DNA of 64,000 bases from assembly GCA_033442325.1 (NCBI GenBank), contig JAWQFM010000009.1, forward strand, positions 1,111,729-1,175,728, given 5' to 3'. The DNA is from Salpingoeca rosetta. Lineage: Eukaryota; Protista; Choanoflagellata. The number at the start of each line of letters is the position of its first letter. Position 1 is the stretch's first letter. Positions 40,764 to 64,000 of the stretch are shown here, in pieces. The notes under the pieces were generated by a model. The model saw only the letters and a list, made by a program, of their open reading frames with translations. It was not told where the DNA came from and did not search any database. Both the position numbers and the translations under genes were made by a program.

Positions 40764-41810
40764 ATGTCGGAGGAGAGCATCAACAGCACAGACGGCCCCA
40801 CGCTGCCGCCGAAAGCGTCCCACCAGCACAACCGACAACAGCAACAACAGCAGCAGGCAGCTACCACAGCAACAGCTACAGCAGCAACACGACAGAAGCA
40901 GAGCGACCGCTTTGTGGAGGTCACGCTGGAGCGTGATCCCAAAGTTGGCTTTGGCTTCTCCATCTACGGCGGGCAAGTCATGCCGGGCGCCCTCATCATG
41001 CTCCCCGTGCGCATCTGCAAAATGAAGCCCAACACTCCGGCCAGCCTGAGCGGCAAAATCAAGATCGACCACCGCATTGTCGCCATCAACGGGACGGACG
41101 TGTCCAGCTCCAGCCACGGCGACGTGGTGCGCTTGCTCAAGGCGTCTCCAGAGACACTCGTGCTTCGCCTGCAGGACGACATTGAGGAGGCGCAGTCCAT
41201 CCTCAAGCACCAGCTCAAGGCCACGGGCCTCAGAAACGCAGACCAGGACAAGCGACGGCAGCAGCAGCAACAACAACAACAGCAGCAGCAGCAGCAAAAC
41301 ACCAAGGAGAGCGCTGGCCAAGAAGCGCAGGGCAGCAAGAGTGAAAGCGGTGGGAAGGCAAACAACGAGGCTGCACAACAGCAGGCGTCTGTGCTCAAAC
41401 CCGGCGCACAGGCGTATCTGCCGGGCAAGACACAGGATGCCACGGACGCATCGTCGTCGGCAGCGCAGGCGGTGAACGAAACCGTCCGCATCATGTACAA
41501 CTTCAACGGGTCAGACCCCTCTGAGCTGACGTTGCAGCGCGCAGACCTCGTGCACGTGAGCATCCGGCGCAGTGACGGGTGGTGTCTTGGCCGCTGCTTC
41601 CGGACAGGGCAGCAGGGGCTGTTCCCAGGTAACTTTGCATCGAAGGTGCGCCTGAAGCCCATGCAGCAGCAGGCGGAGAGCATATACGCGGAGATCCAGC
41701 ACGTGGCGGGCGACTCTGCAGAGAACATCTACGAGGAGCTTGGCCAGGAGCGCGCCGGCAGCAACAAGGACAGCAGACCGCGCACACCAACATACCAGCA
41801 CCTGCCACCC

Positions 41811-41842
<32 letters not shown>

Positions 41843-43924
41843 GTCATCTGGGAAGCAGGAGGAGGACCCATACGGGCAACCATACCCGACAGCACAACAG
41901 CAGCAGCAGCAGCAGGGGCAACAAGAGGAGATCTACCAGCCCATGCGTGAGCAGGTGGTGCGTCGCACGCAGGACGCCATTGAGCTTGCAAACGGCGACA
42001 TTTACGCGGTAGTGGCAAAACCGCCTGTCCGGCGGCCATACGAGGAGGAGGCGGTGTACTCCACGGCCGGCCACGTGGACGAAGCGGGGCCGCAGTATGT
42101 GTATGACGATGATGACGACAGCATGCTGTATGCCAAGCTGGATGACGTGGACGGCGATGGCGCCCCGCCCCCAGTCCCATCTCGAAAGTCAGTAGTGCTA
42201 GTTGTGTGTATGTGTGTATGTGTGTATGTGTGTTTTGTGTGTGTATGTGTGTTTTGTGTGTGTATGTGTGTATGTGTGTGTGTGTGCGTGTGCGTGTGTG
42301 TGTGTGTGTCCATGCGCACTGTATGTGTGGGTGTTGTGCGTTCAAGCGTATGCACACGTGTGCCTGTGCGCCAACGCTTGACCAACTGACCAACCAACCA
42401 ATCGATGCACGTGTCCACAGGTACGACGCCACGCTGCTGCCGGCACTACAGCAGACGCGAGCGGACAGCATCTACGAGTCTCTGTATGACAGCGTCGACG
42501 ACAGGAGTGTCGCTTACGTCTCAACATCAGACATGGTACGCAGCCAAGCTGCGCTGTGTCGTGCATTTCGTGTGTACGCGCGTGTGTGCGATGCTAATTG
42601 CATACATGCACGTTGGGCCACTGGTTCCTTGTTATTGCATGTTGAGCATCTGCTGTTGCATCATCCTCCACATCGCCTTTCGTGTGCACCTTCACCCACT
42701 CCAGCCCCTACTCGCGTTCCTACTCACTCCTCCCTCCGCTCAACCATCAACCATCAACCATCAACCACCGCTCCCCTGCACCCCCCTCCCACCTGCAGGG
42801 CACTGTGGACGACACGTACGCCAGCCTGCCCTCGTCCCTGCTCTACGCTGCGCTGCCCATGGTCCCACCGGTACGTGGCCTCGATGCACGACATCATGCC
42901 GCTCGCTGTTCTGGATGTTGTCGCGTTTGCATCAATGGCTGGTTGGTTGGGTGGTTGGTTGATTGGTTGCTTGGGTGGTGGTGGTGGTTTGGGAGGGGGG
43001 GAAGCTGGCTATGCATTGGTTGTGGTCGTGGTGCGTACAAGCCTCAAGCACCATTCCTTAGCACCATCCGAGTTAATCGCCCATACAACTTCGCCACCCT
43101 CCTACCCCACCACCCTTCCCACTGACTCACACCACGCTTCCTCTGCTTCCCTCCCCCCCCTGTATGGCGGGCAGGCGGTTGAGGAGGATGTGAGCGAGCG
43201 CAACCCGGACCAGAACATGGCGCCCGCCGTTGATCTTGCATCCCATCCGTCGCAGCAGCACCAACACAGCAGCCAGCAGCAGCAGGGGCAGCAGGAAGGC
43301 GCAAACGGAAGGGAAGGCGCAGGCAGCGACAGCCACAATGGTACTGGTGATGGTGGTGCTGTGAATGGAACATCACCTGCCTCGGCACCATCATCGTCGT
43401 CGTCACTGCCATCACCATCATCGCCGCTGGAGGGAGGGACGGATGGTGGCGTTGTGCGCAAACTCACGCGCAAGGAGAAGAGGGAGCAGAAGAAGAAGGA
43501 GAAGGAGCAGAAGAAGAAGGAGGCGGAGGAGAGGAAAGAGAAGAAGAGGAGGGACAAGGAGCAGAAGAAGAGGGAGAAGAAGCAGAAGAAGGAAGCAGAG
43601 GAGAAGAGGAAGAAGGACGACAAGGAACAGAAGAAGCTTGAGAAGCAGCGCAGCAAGCAGGAGGTGCGGCCGCGATCGGGCTCGCGTCGGTTCACATTCC
43701 GCCGCTCAAAGGGAACGCAGCAGCAGGAGACGGAGAAGGAGTTGAAGGAGAAGGATGAGGTGGAGGGGAAGGGGAAGGGGGTGGACAGAGGAAAGGAAGA
43801 CGTTGGTGATGGTGGTTTGAAGGGTGCTGATGAGGGAACACCGGCTGTGGAGGTTGGCGGCGTTGAACAGCAAGACACCACAGCAACAGAAACAGCAGCG
43901 GCAGCAGCAGGAGCCAGCGAGTAG
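40764..43924 (+). CDS. PDZ + SH3 adaptor with multiple tyrosine motifs and Lys/Glu-rich tail
   Basis: Exons 40764-42187, 42421-42535, 42799-42870, 43175-43924. PDZ: VTLERDPKVGFGFSIYGG...IVAINGTDV...HGDVVRLLK. SH3: MYNFNGSDPSELTL...DGWCLG...GLFPGNF. Confidence 0.85.
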
Positions 43925-44191
43925 TCGTAGTGCTGGTGTCAGTGGTCGAGGCCATTCATGGGCGGTTGAGGTCATGGGCGGTTGAGGACGAGGGCTCATG
44001 TGTCATTGCGATCACAGCATTTGAATGGAGATGTGCTGGCCTGCTCGGTTGATTGTTTTTTTTTTTTTTTTTTTTGTTAAAGCTGTGGCATGAGAGCTTC
44101 ATATGTACTGGTTATCCCTTCTTCCTCCTGTTTGGTTTGCGCACGCGCGTTTTTTGTTCATCTTATTTCACATGCTCTCTCTCTCTCTCTC

Positions 44192-44263
<72 letters not shown>

Positions 44264-44562
44264 AAGAGCGCGACAAGTGCATCGGCGTCACATGGGAGGT
44301 GCTTCTTGCTTGTGAGCGTGCTTTTATTGATGGTCTTACCAACCATCCATTTGCTTCGTTTCTCCACTGCCACTCTTACTGTCCATGCTTGATGCTTCTT
44401 GCGTCTTGGCCGTCGGGTTGGGTTGTTGTCAATACATTCACAACACACGCAGATGGAGACAGGGGACGGAGGGGGTTCAAGTAAAAAATGAAACACATGA
44501 CACGGCGCACGCACAACCAGCCAAACGAAACAGCTCTTTCATCATCATCATCATCATCATCG

Positions 44563-46145
<1,583 letters not shown>

Positions 46146-46482
46146 TCAGCGTTTCGGCGTCGTGTGTTGCCTTCTTGCTTCTTGGTCACTCAGGGTGTTT
46201 GTGTTGTGCTTTGGCGCTGCTGCGTTGTAGAATTTTGGCGAATGTTTTCAAGTGCTTTTCGAATTTGGAGCGCAACACACCACACGAGCACCAAAACATC
46301 GCTCGCTCATTCATCATCCAGCGTGCTTGTGAGTGAGGGGATACACAACTTTGTCGCCCACACCCTCCCCCTTTCCTCTCTGTCTCTCTCTCTCCAAATC
46401 CGTCGGCCATTCGCACGCCGTTCCTTTCGCCCATCTCTCTCTCTCTCTCTCTTTTTCTCCGTGTGGATAACAACAGCCAACC

Positions 46483-47166
46483 ATGCAGACGCCGTACCAC
46501 TTCTTCCTGGCCATGCTTATGCTGGTGTCGGGATCCATCAACACCATCACCACAAAGTGCGTGCACGTGGTGGTTGCGTTGTCCTTGAGTTTTGCTGGGG
46601 ATTGCTTGTGTGAGTCTCATCGACGATTGTGCAAGGGTCGCTTTCATGCATGTTCTTCATGGCGCACACTCACACACTTCATCGTACACTTGCCACACGC
46701 ACACGCACACGCACACACACGCACACACACACGCACACACGCTTGGTTGGGTGAAGGTATGCCGATATCACCTGCGGTTATGGCGTTCCATACTTCCCGC
46801 GTGACCAGAGTGCATCGGACAACTCCTGTCCGGATCGCAGTGAAGGACAGCACGTGTTTGACCATCCATTCGTGCAGGTACACGCCACGATCTCTCCTTT
46901 GTCGCTCTGTGTGTGTGTGTGTGTGTGTTGTGCGGTGGCTGACCAAGCGGTTCTGGCGCTGGTGGGCACCCTGATTTGTTGGCTTCGCTCACCATTTGCT
47001 TGATCTCTTTCATGTCCTCTCTTCTAGGCCCTGGCCATGTTCATCGGCGAGTTCACATGCCTGTGCGCCTTTGTGCTGGGTCGCTGGTGGCAACGATGCC
47101 GCGTAAGTTGTTGGACGTGTGTAAATGAGAGTGTGTACATGTGTGATGCCTGCTTCTGTGTTGTGC

Positions 47167-47215
<49 letters not shown>

Positions 47216-48207
47216 CGTATATATATGTGTGTGTGTGTGTAAATGAGAGTGGGTAATGTATGTTTGCCTGCGTTTGTGTTGTGCATGTGTGTGTGCACGT
47301 GTGTGTACGATTGCCTGTCGTGTCTTATGTGCTGTGTTGGTTTGCTGATCTTGTTATCCTTGAAGTACCATCCTTTTGCTCCCATCCGACCATCGCAACT
47401 CCCTCTTTGCACCCTGTGCAACCTGTCACGCCCGCTCACACGCTTGCATCGCTCCTGCAGGGACGCGAGCCGCCAAAGGTCAAGGATTTCAACCCCATCA
47501 TCTTCCTCCTCCCAGCGCTCTGCGATTGCACCGTACGTCATGGCACGTGGTCCTGTGTGTATTGGTGTATGGCGATGAGAGCGTCGATGAGCGTCGTGCA
47601 TGGGGTGCCTGCCCATCAGCGTTCCCTGTTGCGTGGGAGTGAGACATAACTGCTGCGCAATGTGGCTGCTGTTCCTCTGTGGTTTGTCACGTTGTTGTCT
47701 CACCTCCATTACCAACACGCCTTCCTCACGTCGACACGTATTGGCTGCCACTTCCTGCATGTGTGTGTGTGTGTGTGCAGGCGACCAGCACCATGTATGT
47801 CGGCCTGACCCTCACCTTTGCGTCCCAGTTCCAGGTCCGATTTCGAGTGTGCATTCATGTGTGTGTGCGTGTGTGCGTGCGTGTGTGCGTGCATGTGTTT
47901 GTGTATGTGCGTTTGTGCATGTGTTTGTGTATGTGCGTCTGTGTGCGTGTGAATAAATTCGCCTGTTTGCGCTCTCTTCCCCCGACTGTAATCGTCGACT
48001 GTCACATCACCGCCTCCCATCACACCCCATCATCCCTCACCCTCACTGCCCTCCCCCTCTTCATATTGCGTTGTGGTTTTCCCGCCATTTCCAGATGCTG
48101 CGCGGTAGCGTGATCATCTTCACCGGTCTTCTCAGCCGCTTCTGGCTCAAGAAGCCCCTCAAGGGCTACCAATGGGTCCGTTTGCCTAGCTGACCTGTGT
48201 GTGTGTG

Positions 48208-48239
<32 letters not shown>

Positions 48240-49070
48240 CGTGTGTGTGTGCGTGTGTGGGTGTGGGTGTGGGTGTGTGTGTGCGTGTGCGTGTGTGTGT
48301 GTGCGTGTGCGTGTGCGTGTGCGTGTGCGTGTGCGTGTGTGTGTGCGTGTGCGTGTGTGTGCTTGCATTTGTCGTGCGCGCGTGGCGATGTTGGTGCGAT
48401 CGTGCGGCTCACGTTTCCAACCACTCCACATCCATCCCACCCCACCCCACCCTTCCAAATCAGGCTGGCATGGTGCTTGTGCTTGCTGGCCTGGTGTGTG
48501 TTGGCCTGGCTGCCTTCTTCAGCGGCGCCAGCGGCGCGCAGGCGCGAAACCCGATCCTCGGCGATGCCCTCATCATCGCAGCCCAGGTAAGGAAGGTGTT
48601 TGTTGCTTGGTGGCTTGGTTGCTCGGTGGCTTGGTTGGTTGCTTGTTCGTGCCGTTTGCTTCGGCGCTTGCTTGCTTGCTATTTTGTTGCGCAAGCACCC
48701 AATCCCCCTCACCACCACCACCACCACCACGACGACGACCACCACCACCAACACTGTGCCGCGTGTTTCCCTTCCGCTGCCTGCAGCTTGTTGTCGCCGT
48801 GCAGATGGTGGTTGAGGAGAAGTTCCTGACCAAGTACGAGGTGCCTGCGCTGCTTGCTGTTGGCTGGGAGGGCGTCTTTGGCCTCCTTGTCATGTCGACG
48901 CTCTCCATGATCTTCTTCTACATCCCCGGGCCCCGCGCCGGCGGCACTTTTGAGAACATCAACGACGCCATTGTCCAGGTCGGGCCCTGTGATGTGATGT
49001 GGTTTGTTTTGGTTCGGTTTGTTTGCGTGTGTGTGTGGGGGGGGGGTGGAATAGCGAACAATATCTAGTC

Positions 49071-49149
<79 letters not shown>

Positions 49150-49527
49150 TCACATGGCTGGTGGCTTGACCGCGTACACTTGCACATTTCCTCACACCTC
49201 TCTGTCGCATCGCTGCATGTGTGCTCGCAACAGATCTTCGGCACGTGGCAGATTGGCCTTGCGATTGGCGGCACCATCTGCTCCATCGCCGTCTTCAACT
49301 TCAGCGGCATCAGGTGCACACGGACGCACACAATCAACTGCAGCGTGTTTATTTGCACACACGCACACATGCTCACGCTCTTACGTCCTCACACACACAC
49401 GCACACACACGCACACACACACACACAAGCACACACTCACACACACTCACACACACACTCACACACACACACTCACTCACTCACTCACTCACTCACTCAC
49501 TCACTCACTCACTCACTCACTCACTCA

Positions 49528-49576
<49 letters not shown>

Positions 49577-50163
49577 TCACTCACTCACTCGCATGCGCAC
49601 GAGTACAGCGTGACGAAGGAGATGTCCGCCACGACGCGCATGGTGCTTGACTCTGTGCGGACGCTGACAATTTGGGCATACGGCCTTGGCGTCGGCTGGG
49701 AGACGTTCGCGCCGCTGCAGATTGTCGGCTTTGCGCTGCTGCTGCTGGGCACGTTTGTGTACAACAACCTGCTCATTGTTCCGCTCATGCGCAAATACGG
49801 CATTCTCCGCCCGGAGGAGCCCGAGGCCAAGGAGCGTCTCATTGTACGTTGCGTCATGGAGATGCGGAGGGGAGAGGCAGGGGCACTGTTGGTGTGGTGT
49901 ATGTGTGTGCATGTGCGTTGCCCTCTTTGTGCCTGTGTGTGCGTTATCGAGTGTTGGATATCATCCCCCCCCCCGCACACACACACACACATGCACTTGC
50001 AAGTGTAAGCTCTTTGTGGTACCTGCGGGGATGGCAAGACGTTGCTGGTGGTGTGGACTGCACTCACTGCGCGCCGTGTGTGCTATGCATGCGTTTCCAT
50101 GCTTCAAAGCAGGCGGACAACACGTACGACGAGAAGCAGCCTCTGCTGGTCAACAGGGATTAG
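46483..50163 (+). CDS. SLC35F6: Solute carrier family 35 member F6-like drug/metabolite-superfamily transporter
   Basis: 11 exons from 46483-46556 to 50113-50163. LVSGSINT..TK, FDHPFVQ..MFIGE..CL, PALCD, ASQFQMLRGSVIIFTG, QMVVEEKFL, VGWEGVFG and SVTKEMSATTRMVLDSVRT. C-terminal acidic dileucine motif DEKQPLL. Confidence 0.92.
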
Positions 50164-50643
50164 GATCACACGCGCCATCCACCACGCCATCCACCATCAC
50201 CACCATCATCGCCACCATGACTACCACCAGCAACAGGCCACTTCAACTACCACAACTACCCCTGCAACGACGATTGCGGCTTTGGACATGGCTCACGCAC
50301 ATACACACACACATACACACATCACGATACACAACGCCATCGCACTTCGCTTTCCTGCCCCCATTCTACCACACTGCATCGACAAAGTAGAGAGAGAGGA
50401 GAAGAGAAGAGACACCAGGCGCCCACCACCTTCGTTTGCCTGCCTTGCTTGTTGTTGCTTGTCTGTTCGTGTGCTCGTTTGTTCGTTTGCCTTTGCTTGT
50501 CTGTTCGTGTGCTCGTTGTACCCCAACGTTGTGTATTGCTGCGGATGTGTTTCAACTGCTGTGCTTCGATGACCTTTGACACATGCATGATTTGAAATAT
50601 ACAAACAACCAACCCAAACAGCAAATCCAAACAAACAACAACA

Positions 50644-54161
<3,518 letters not shown>

Positions 54162-54505
54162 TGCACTCGTGCATACAATTGCGTGCGTGTGCGCGTATGT
54201 TTGTGTGTGATTGATTTGTTGCGTTTCTGTCTTCCTTGGTTGCCTTGCTGGCTGGTCGCTTTGTTCGGCGCACGTCTTGCCGAAGTTCCACCACGTTGCT
54301 ACACACCATCCCCATGGCATGGCACGGCATGGCTGCAGCTGACAAGAGGCAAGAAAAGAAGCAACGTGTGAAGAAGGCGAGAGAGGAGGACAACACACAC
54401 CATTGGAGATGACTCATCATTTTCTTTTCTGCTTCGTCGACACTGTGCACTGTGCCAAACCGCGCAACAAGCAAGCCAAGCCGCTCACCCACGACTTCGT
54501 CAACC

Positions 54506-59291
<4,786 letters not shown>

Positions 59292-59447
59292 GATGAATGA
59301 GATTGATGTGGCGCGCAGCAGCAGAGGACAGACGTCCGCACACAAAAAGGGCAAGCACAAGCAACCTGCCAGCAGCCACACAACACACACACACACGCAC
59401 ACACACTGACAAGCACACACACGCACGCACACACACTGACAAGCACG

Positions 59448-59482
<35 letters not shown>

Positions 59483-59565
59483 ACAAGCACACGCACGCAC
59501 ACACACACACACACACACAAGCACACACAGACTGTTGATTTTTCTTAATGGCTTTCATAAATTTC

Positions 59566-59605
59566 CTCGCTTGACGACACAAAATACGAAGAAGGGGTTG
59601 TTGCC
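59566..59605. promoter_or_regulatory. Possible RFX X-box-like sites upstream of CFAP57
   Basis: Imperfect palindrome CTCGCTTGACGAC (59566-59578) and half-site GTTGCC (59600-59605), 130-170 nt upstream of a ciliary gene ATG. The match is imperfect. Confidence 0.3.
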
Positions 59606-59682
59606 TCTCCCACAAACAACCCATCATCACCACAACCGCATACACTTGCACGTCGGATCAGCAGCGACACCAGACACACACA

Positions 59683-59729
<47 letters not shown>

Positions 59730-59733
59730 CGAG

Positions 59734-61109
59734 ATGGTGTCCACCATCGTCGAGCCATCCTTTGTGTTTGGCTTGAAGGGTGATGTGAGCGACAACATCT
59801 GCTATTTGGACGAGCAGAACGTCATCTACCCGGCCGGCTCCTCCGTTGTCGTGTACAACATCCAACAGAAGACACAGCGGTTCATCCACGGGACCGAGGG
59901 CTCGGCGGGCTTTACCGCGCTCGCTGTCAGCCCAAACAGGCGCTATGTCGCCATAGCAGAAAAGGCCGAACGCGCCTCCGTCACCATCTACGATCTGCAT
60001 TCCCTCAAGAAACGAAAGGTGCGTGTTGTGTGTGTTTTGTGTGTGTATGTATGTATGTGTGTGTGTGTGTGTGCTTTGTGTATTTGTGCGCGCTGTTGCA
60101 TGTGTGAAAATGATTCACTTGTGCTGCTCGTACCCCTCTCCCTCATCTCCATTCTTTTTTTCTGCACCCTGTCGTGTACACACACTCATCTACGCGCACC
60201 ACCACACTCATCTACGCACACACACACACACACATGCACACACACATGCACGCACCACCACACAATCCAACCAACCCTCCAACCCTCCAACCAAAACATC
60301 ACAAACCCGCAGTTCCTGAGCGATGCCACATCAGATTGTGAGGAGTTTGTGTGCATGACGTTCAGCCCCGACTCCAAGTACTTGGTGACGCTGGGTGGTG
60401 CACCAGAGTGGTTCATGCACTACTGGGCGTGGGAGAAGAGCCAAGGCCCCATGGCCGTCACAAAGTGCTCGCTGGACCCCAGCATCCCCGTGTACCGCGT
60501 CACCTTCAACCCACAGGACAACACGCACCTCTGCGTGACCGGCAGCAACACGCTCAAGATGTACCGCTACACAGAGGGCAACTTCAAGCAGCTTGCGTTC
60601 CAGAAGATTGAGGGCCAGGACTATTTGAGCCAGTGCTGGCTGGCAGAGGACGCGGTTGTATGCGGCACTGCATCCGGCAAGATCCTCCTCTTTGTTGGCG
60701 GCGAACTCAAGGCGGAAATGAACGTGTCGGAACGCGTGACCTACGTGGCCGCCCTGAACAACGGGTTTGCGTGCGGCACAGCGAGCGGCAACGTCATCGT
60801 GTACGAGGCGACAGAGGACGAGGAGCTGTACAAGCAGGCGCAGGAAGTGCCGCTTCCCGCCGACATCGCAAACACAACACAGAGCGTCCACTGCATCGCC
60901 GTGTCGCCATCGGAAGACGCCCTCGTGTGCACAACGAAGGAGGGCCAGATCTACACCCTCAATCTCGCAGCCACAGAATCAGACATCCTCAGGGTGCGCG
61001 AAGCATGGGTTGCACGTGTGTGTGTGTGTGTGTCTGTGTCTGTGTCTGTGTCTGTGTCTGTGTCTGTCTGTCTGTCTGTACGTGTGTATGGGTGTTTGTA
61101 TGTGCGTTT

Positions 61110-61153
<44 letters not shown>

Positions 61154-63216
61154 TGATCGTATTGTCGATGTGTGCTGTCGGATTCGACCATCCTTGCAAC
61201 CCGTTTTTTCTCAACAAACATCACACGCACACACACATACACACACATACACACACATACACACACATACACACACGCGCGCATACAGGGGGACCAGCCT
61301 GTTGGGCTGCGGCTGCTGTCTGACCTGTTCCACCACCGCGCCATCACGGGGCTCGACGTGGCCGTGCGCAAACCGCTCATCGCCACCACCTCCCTGGACT
61401 GCAGCATCCGCGTGTGGAACTACCACACACACGCGCTGGAGCTTGTCAAGTACTTCTCCGAGGAGGCACACTCCATTGCCATCCACCCGAGCGGCCTGTT
61501 TGTGCTCGTCGGGTTTGGCGACAAGCTGCGGCTCATGAGTCTGCTGATGGACGATATGCACACCATCAAGGAGTTTAGCATCCGCGAGTGCAAGGAGTGC
61601 CGCTTCAGCAACGGCGGCCACCTCTTTGCAGCAGCACAGGGCAACGTCATTCAGGTCCGGGGCATGCGGTGTCGTTGCTCGTGTGGGCTGCGATGGCAAT
61701 GATAACACTAGCATAGGCGTGTGTGTCTGTCTGGCTGTATCTGTGTGCGTGTGTCTGTCTTTCTTTTTGTCTCTTGTCTGTGTGCGTGTGTCGAGCTGTG
61801 TGTATATGTCCCTCTGTCCCTCTGTTCGTATTTGCATTACCATCACTGGCACTTTGTACCGACACAACCACATCCGTGAGACCATGCACCACCCCTCTCC
61901 ACGCCAATCCGCCCTGCATTTGCATCCCGGCTCACTCCCAATCGCCGCGGACATGTGTGCGATCATCTGCACAGATCTATTCAACGTGGACGTTCAAGCC
62001 TGTCGGGAGCCTCAAGGGCCACAGCGGTCGCATCCGGTCCATCACCTGGAGCCCAGATGACACGCGCATTGTGTCCACAGGCGCTGACGGCGCCGTGTAC
62101 GAGTGGTCCACGCTCGAACGCCGCCGCATCAACGAGTGCGTGCAGAAGACGTGCAGCTACACTGGCGCAACACTCGACCCAGAGACGGGCGCTATTTATG
62201 CTGTCGGGTCCGATAAGATGCTGAAGCGCATCCACAACAGCGACATGGAGCTCGAGGTGCCCGTGAGCGCACGTGCCACGTCCGACCTGGTGCTGACGCA
62301 AGTGATCGTGTCGAGTTCCGGCAAGATGCTCCTGGCGGCGACGGCGCAGGGCAGTGTCAGGTCGTACAAGGTGCCGCTGGAGCTCAAGGCGGAATGGACG
62401 TCCACCTGCACGCATTTCGGGGGCGTGACGCGGCTGCGCATTTCGCCAGACGACCAAACACTCTTCAGCGTCGGCGAGGACGGATGCTTGTTCCTGCACA
62501 AGCTCACAGACAAGGTGTGGTGGGAACAGGAGCGCGAATCACTCTTGCAGAACTTGTGTGTGCATGACAGCATGTGCATGAGCGAGCATGTGTTATGAAC
62601 AACAACATAATAGCTTCAACTCACCTTTATGCATGCTCGAATGTTCTCTTTTGTGAATGCACGTATGTGTGTGTGTGTGTGTATGTGCAGGACGGGCGAG
62701 CGGGAAAGCGCCGCGCCCTCAGCGATTGGGCCGACGAAATCCTCATAACCAAATCGGACCTCGAGGAGAAGAACACGCTCATGAGCGAGGTTTGTGCGCA
62801 CTGCTGCTGATGTTGCTGTTGCTGTTGTGGTAGTGGTGGTGGACGAACAACGATGCGTATCGACACGCCATCCTCACACTCACACGCACACTCAAACTCA
62901 CACTCGCACTCACACACACACGCACACTCAAACTCGCACTCACGCTCACGCTCACTCACTCACACACACACACACACACACACACACTCTCTCTCTCTCT
63001 CGCACTCACACACACACACACACAACATGCGTCGCACCTCCGCAGCTGAAGCGGCGGGTTGAGGAGCTGCAGATGGCGAGCGAATACCAACTCCGGCTCA
63101 AGGACATGAACTACAACGAGAAGATCAAGGAGATCACAGACAAGTTCACGCAGGAGAAGGAGGACCTCAAGCGCCAGCTGCAGTCAGGTGTGTGTGTGTG
63201 TGCTTGTGCCGTTGTA

Positions 63217-63248
<32 letters not shown>

Positions 63249-63670
63249 CTTGTGCCGTTGTATGTGCGTGTGCGTGTGTGTGTGTGTGTGTGTTTTTGCG
63301 TACTCCGCTGTTATGTGCGTACATCACATACTCACATCAACATCACAACAATATCAACACAATCAACCACAACCATCCACTGCAGTGAAAGCGGAGAAGG
63401 AGAAGGAGGAGAACCGCCACAACGAAGAGATTGCGTCACTCAACGACCGCCAGCTGCAGGAAATCCAAGAGCTGGAGCACCAGCACAACCAGAAACTCAT
63501 GACAGAGTACGAGAAGTACCAGATGCTGCAGAAGAAGTCGCAGGAGATGCAGTCTGATTACGAAGAGCAGCTCGAGCGCATGGCGTCGTCCAAGGAGCAG
63601 GCCCTCAAGGACCTCGCAGAGTACTGGGAGGTGAGGCCTGGATTGCGTGTGTGTGGTGTGTGTGTGTGTT

Positions 63671-63702
<32 letters not shown>

Positions 63703-64000
63703 GACCTGCTTGTGTCGTCTTGTTTGGCATTTGGGATCACTCCACTCCCTAGCCATCACACACATGCACACAATTGCTCACACACAACATACACGCACAA
63801 CCCCCCCCCCAAAAAAAACCCCCTCCAGAGCAAGCTGCGGGAGAAGACGGCGATGCTTGAGGCGGCGAATGAAGCTGCGCGGGACCAGCAGCGCGAGCAC
63901 GAGGAAATTGTGCGGCAGATTGAGCTGGACGCCGACAAGGAGATTCTCGCCATGCGCCTCAACTACGAGAAGGCGCTCAAGGAAGAGAAGGAGCACGGCC
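59734..64000 (+). CDS. CFAP57: Cilia- and flagella-associated protein 57 (WDR65), 3'-truncated by the window
   Basis: Exons 59734-60018, 60313-60993, 61289-61654, 61975-62514, 62691-62789, 63046-63187, 63386-63630, 63829->64000. [57 protein letters not shown] and [17 protein letters not shown] match CFAP57. Confidence 0.95.

Overview
Eukaryotic, gene-dense, intron-rich DNA with GC-rich coding exons and short GT-AG introns full of (GT)n/(CA)n microsatellites. The style and gene content fit a choanoflagellate, most likely Salpingoeca rosetta (inference). Most ORFs in the supplied track are microsatellite or antisense artefacts. Manual splicing gives 13 protein-coding genes: (1) a 5'-truncated giant single-pass receptor with bacterial-adhesin-like repeats and a kinase-less tyrosine-repeat tail; (2) a stand-alone Lon N-domain protein; (3) an EF-hand/coiled-coil protein; (4) an SDS22-like LRR protein; (5) DIP2; (6) FAM192A/PSME3IP1; (7) prefoldin 2; (8) a PDZ-SH3 tyrosine-motif adaptor; (9) LZIC; (10) SLC35F6; (11) a secreted bacterial-type beta-helix glycoside hydrolase/lyase-like protein; (12) a U-box-like + P-loop-degenerate dynamin/Mx-like + RI-type LRR fusion; (13) 3'-truncated CFAP57. 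The best candidates for undescribed biology are gene 12 (an NLR-like tripartite layout built on a pseudo-dynamin, whose U-box appears only after joining two micro-exons) and gene 1. All calls come from reading motifs by eye; no database searches were run.
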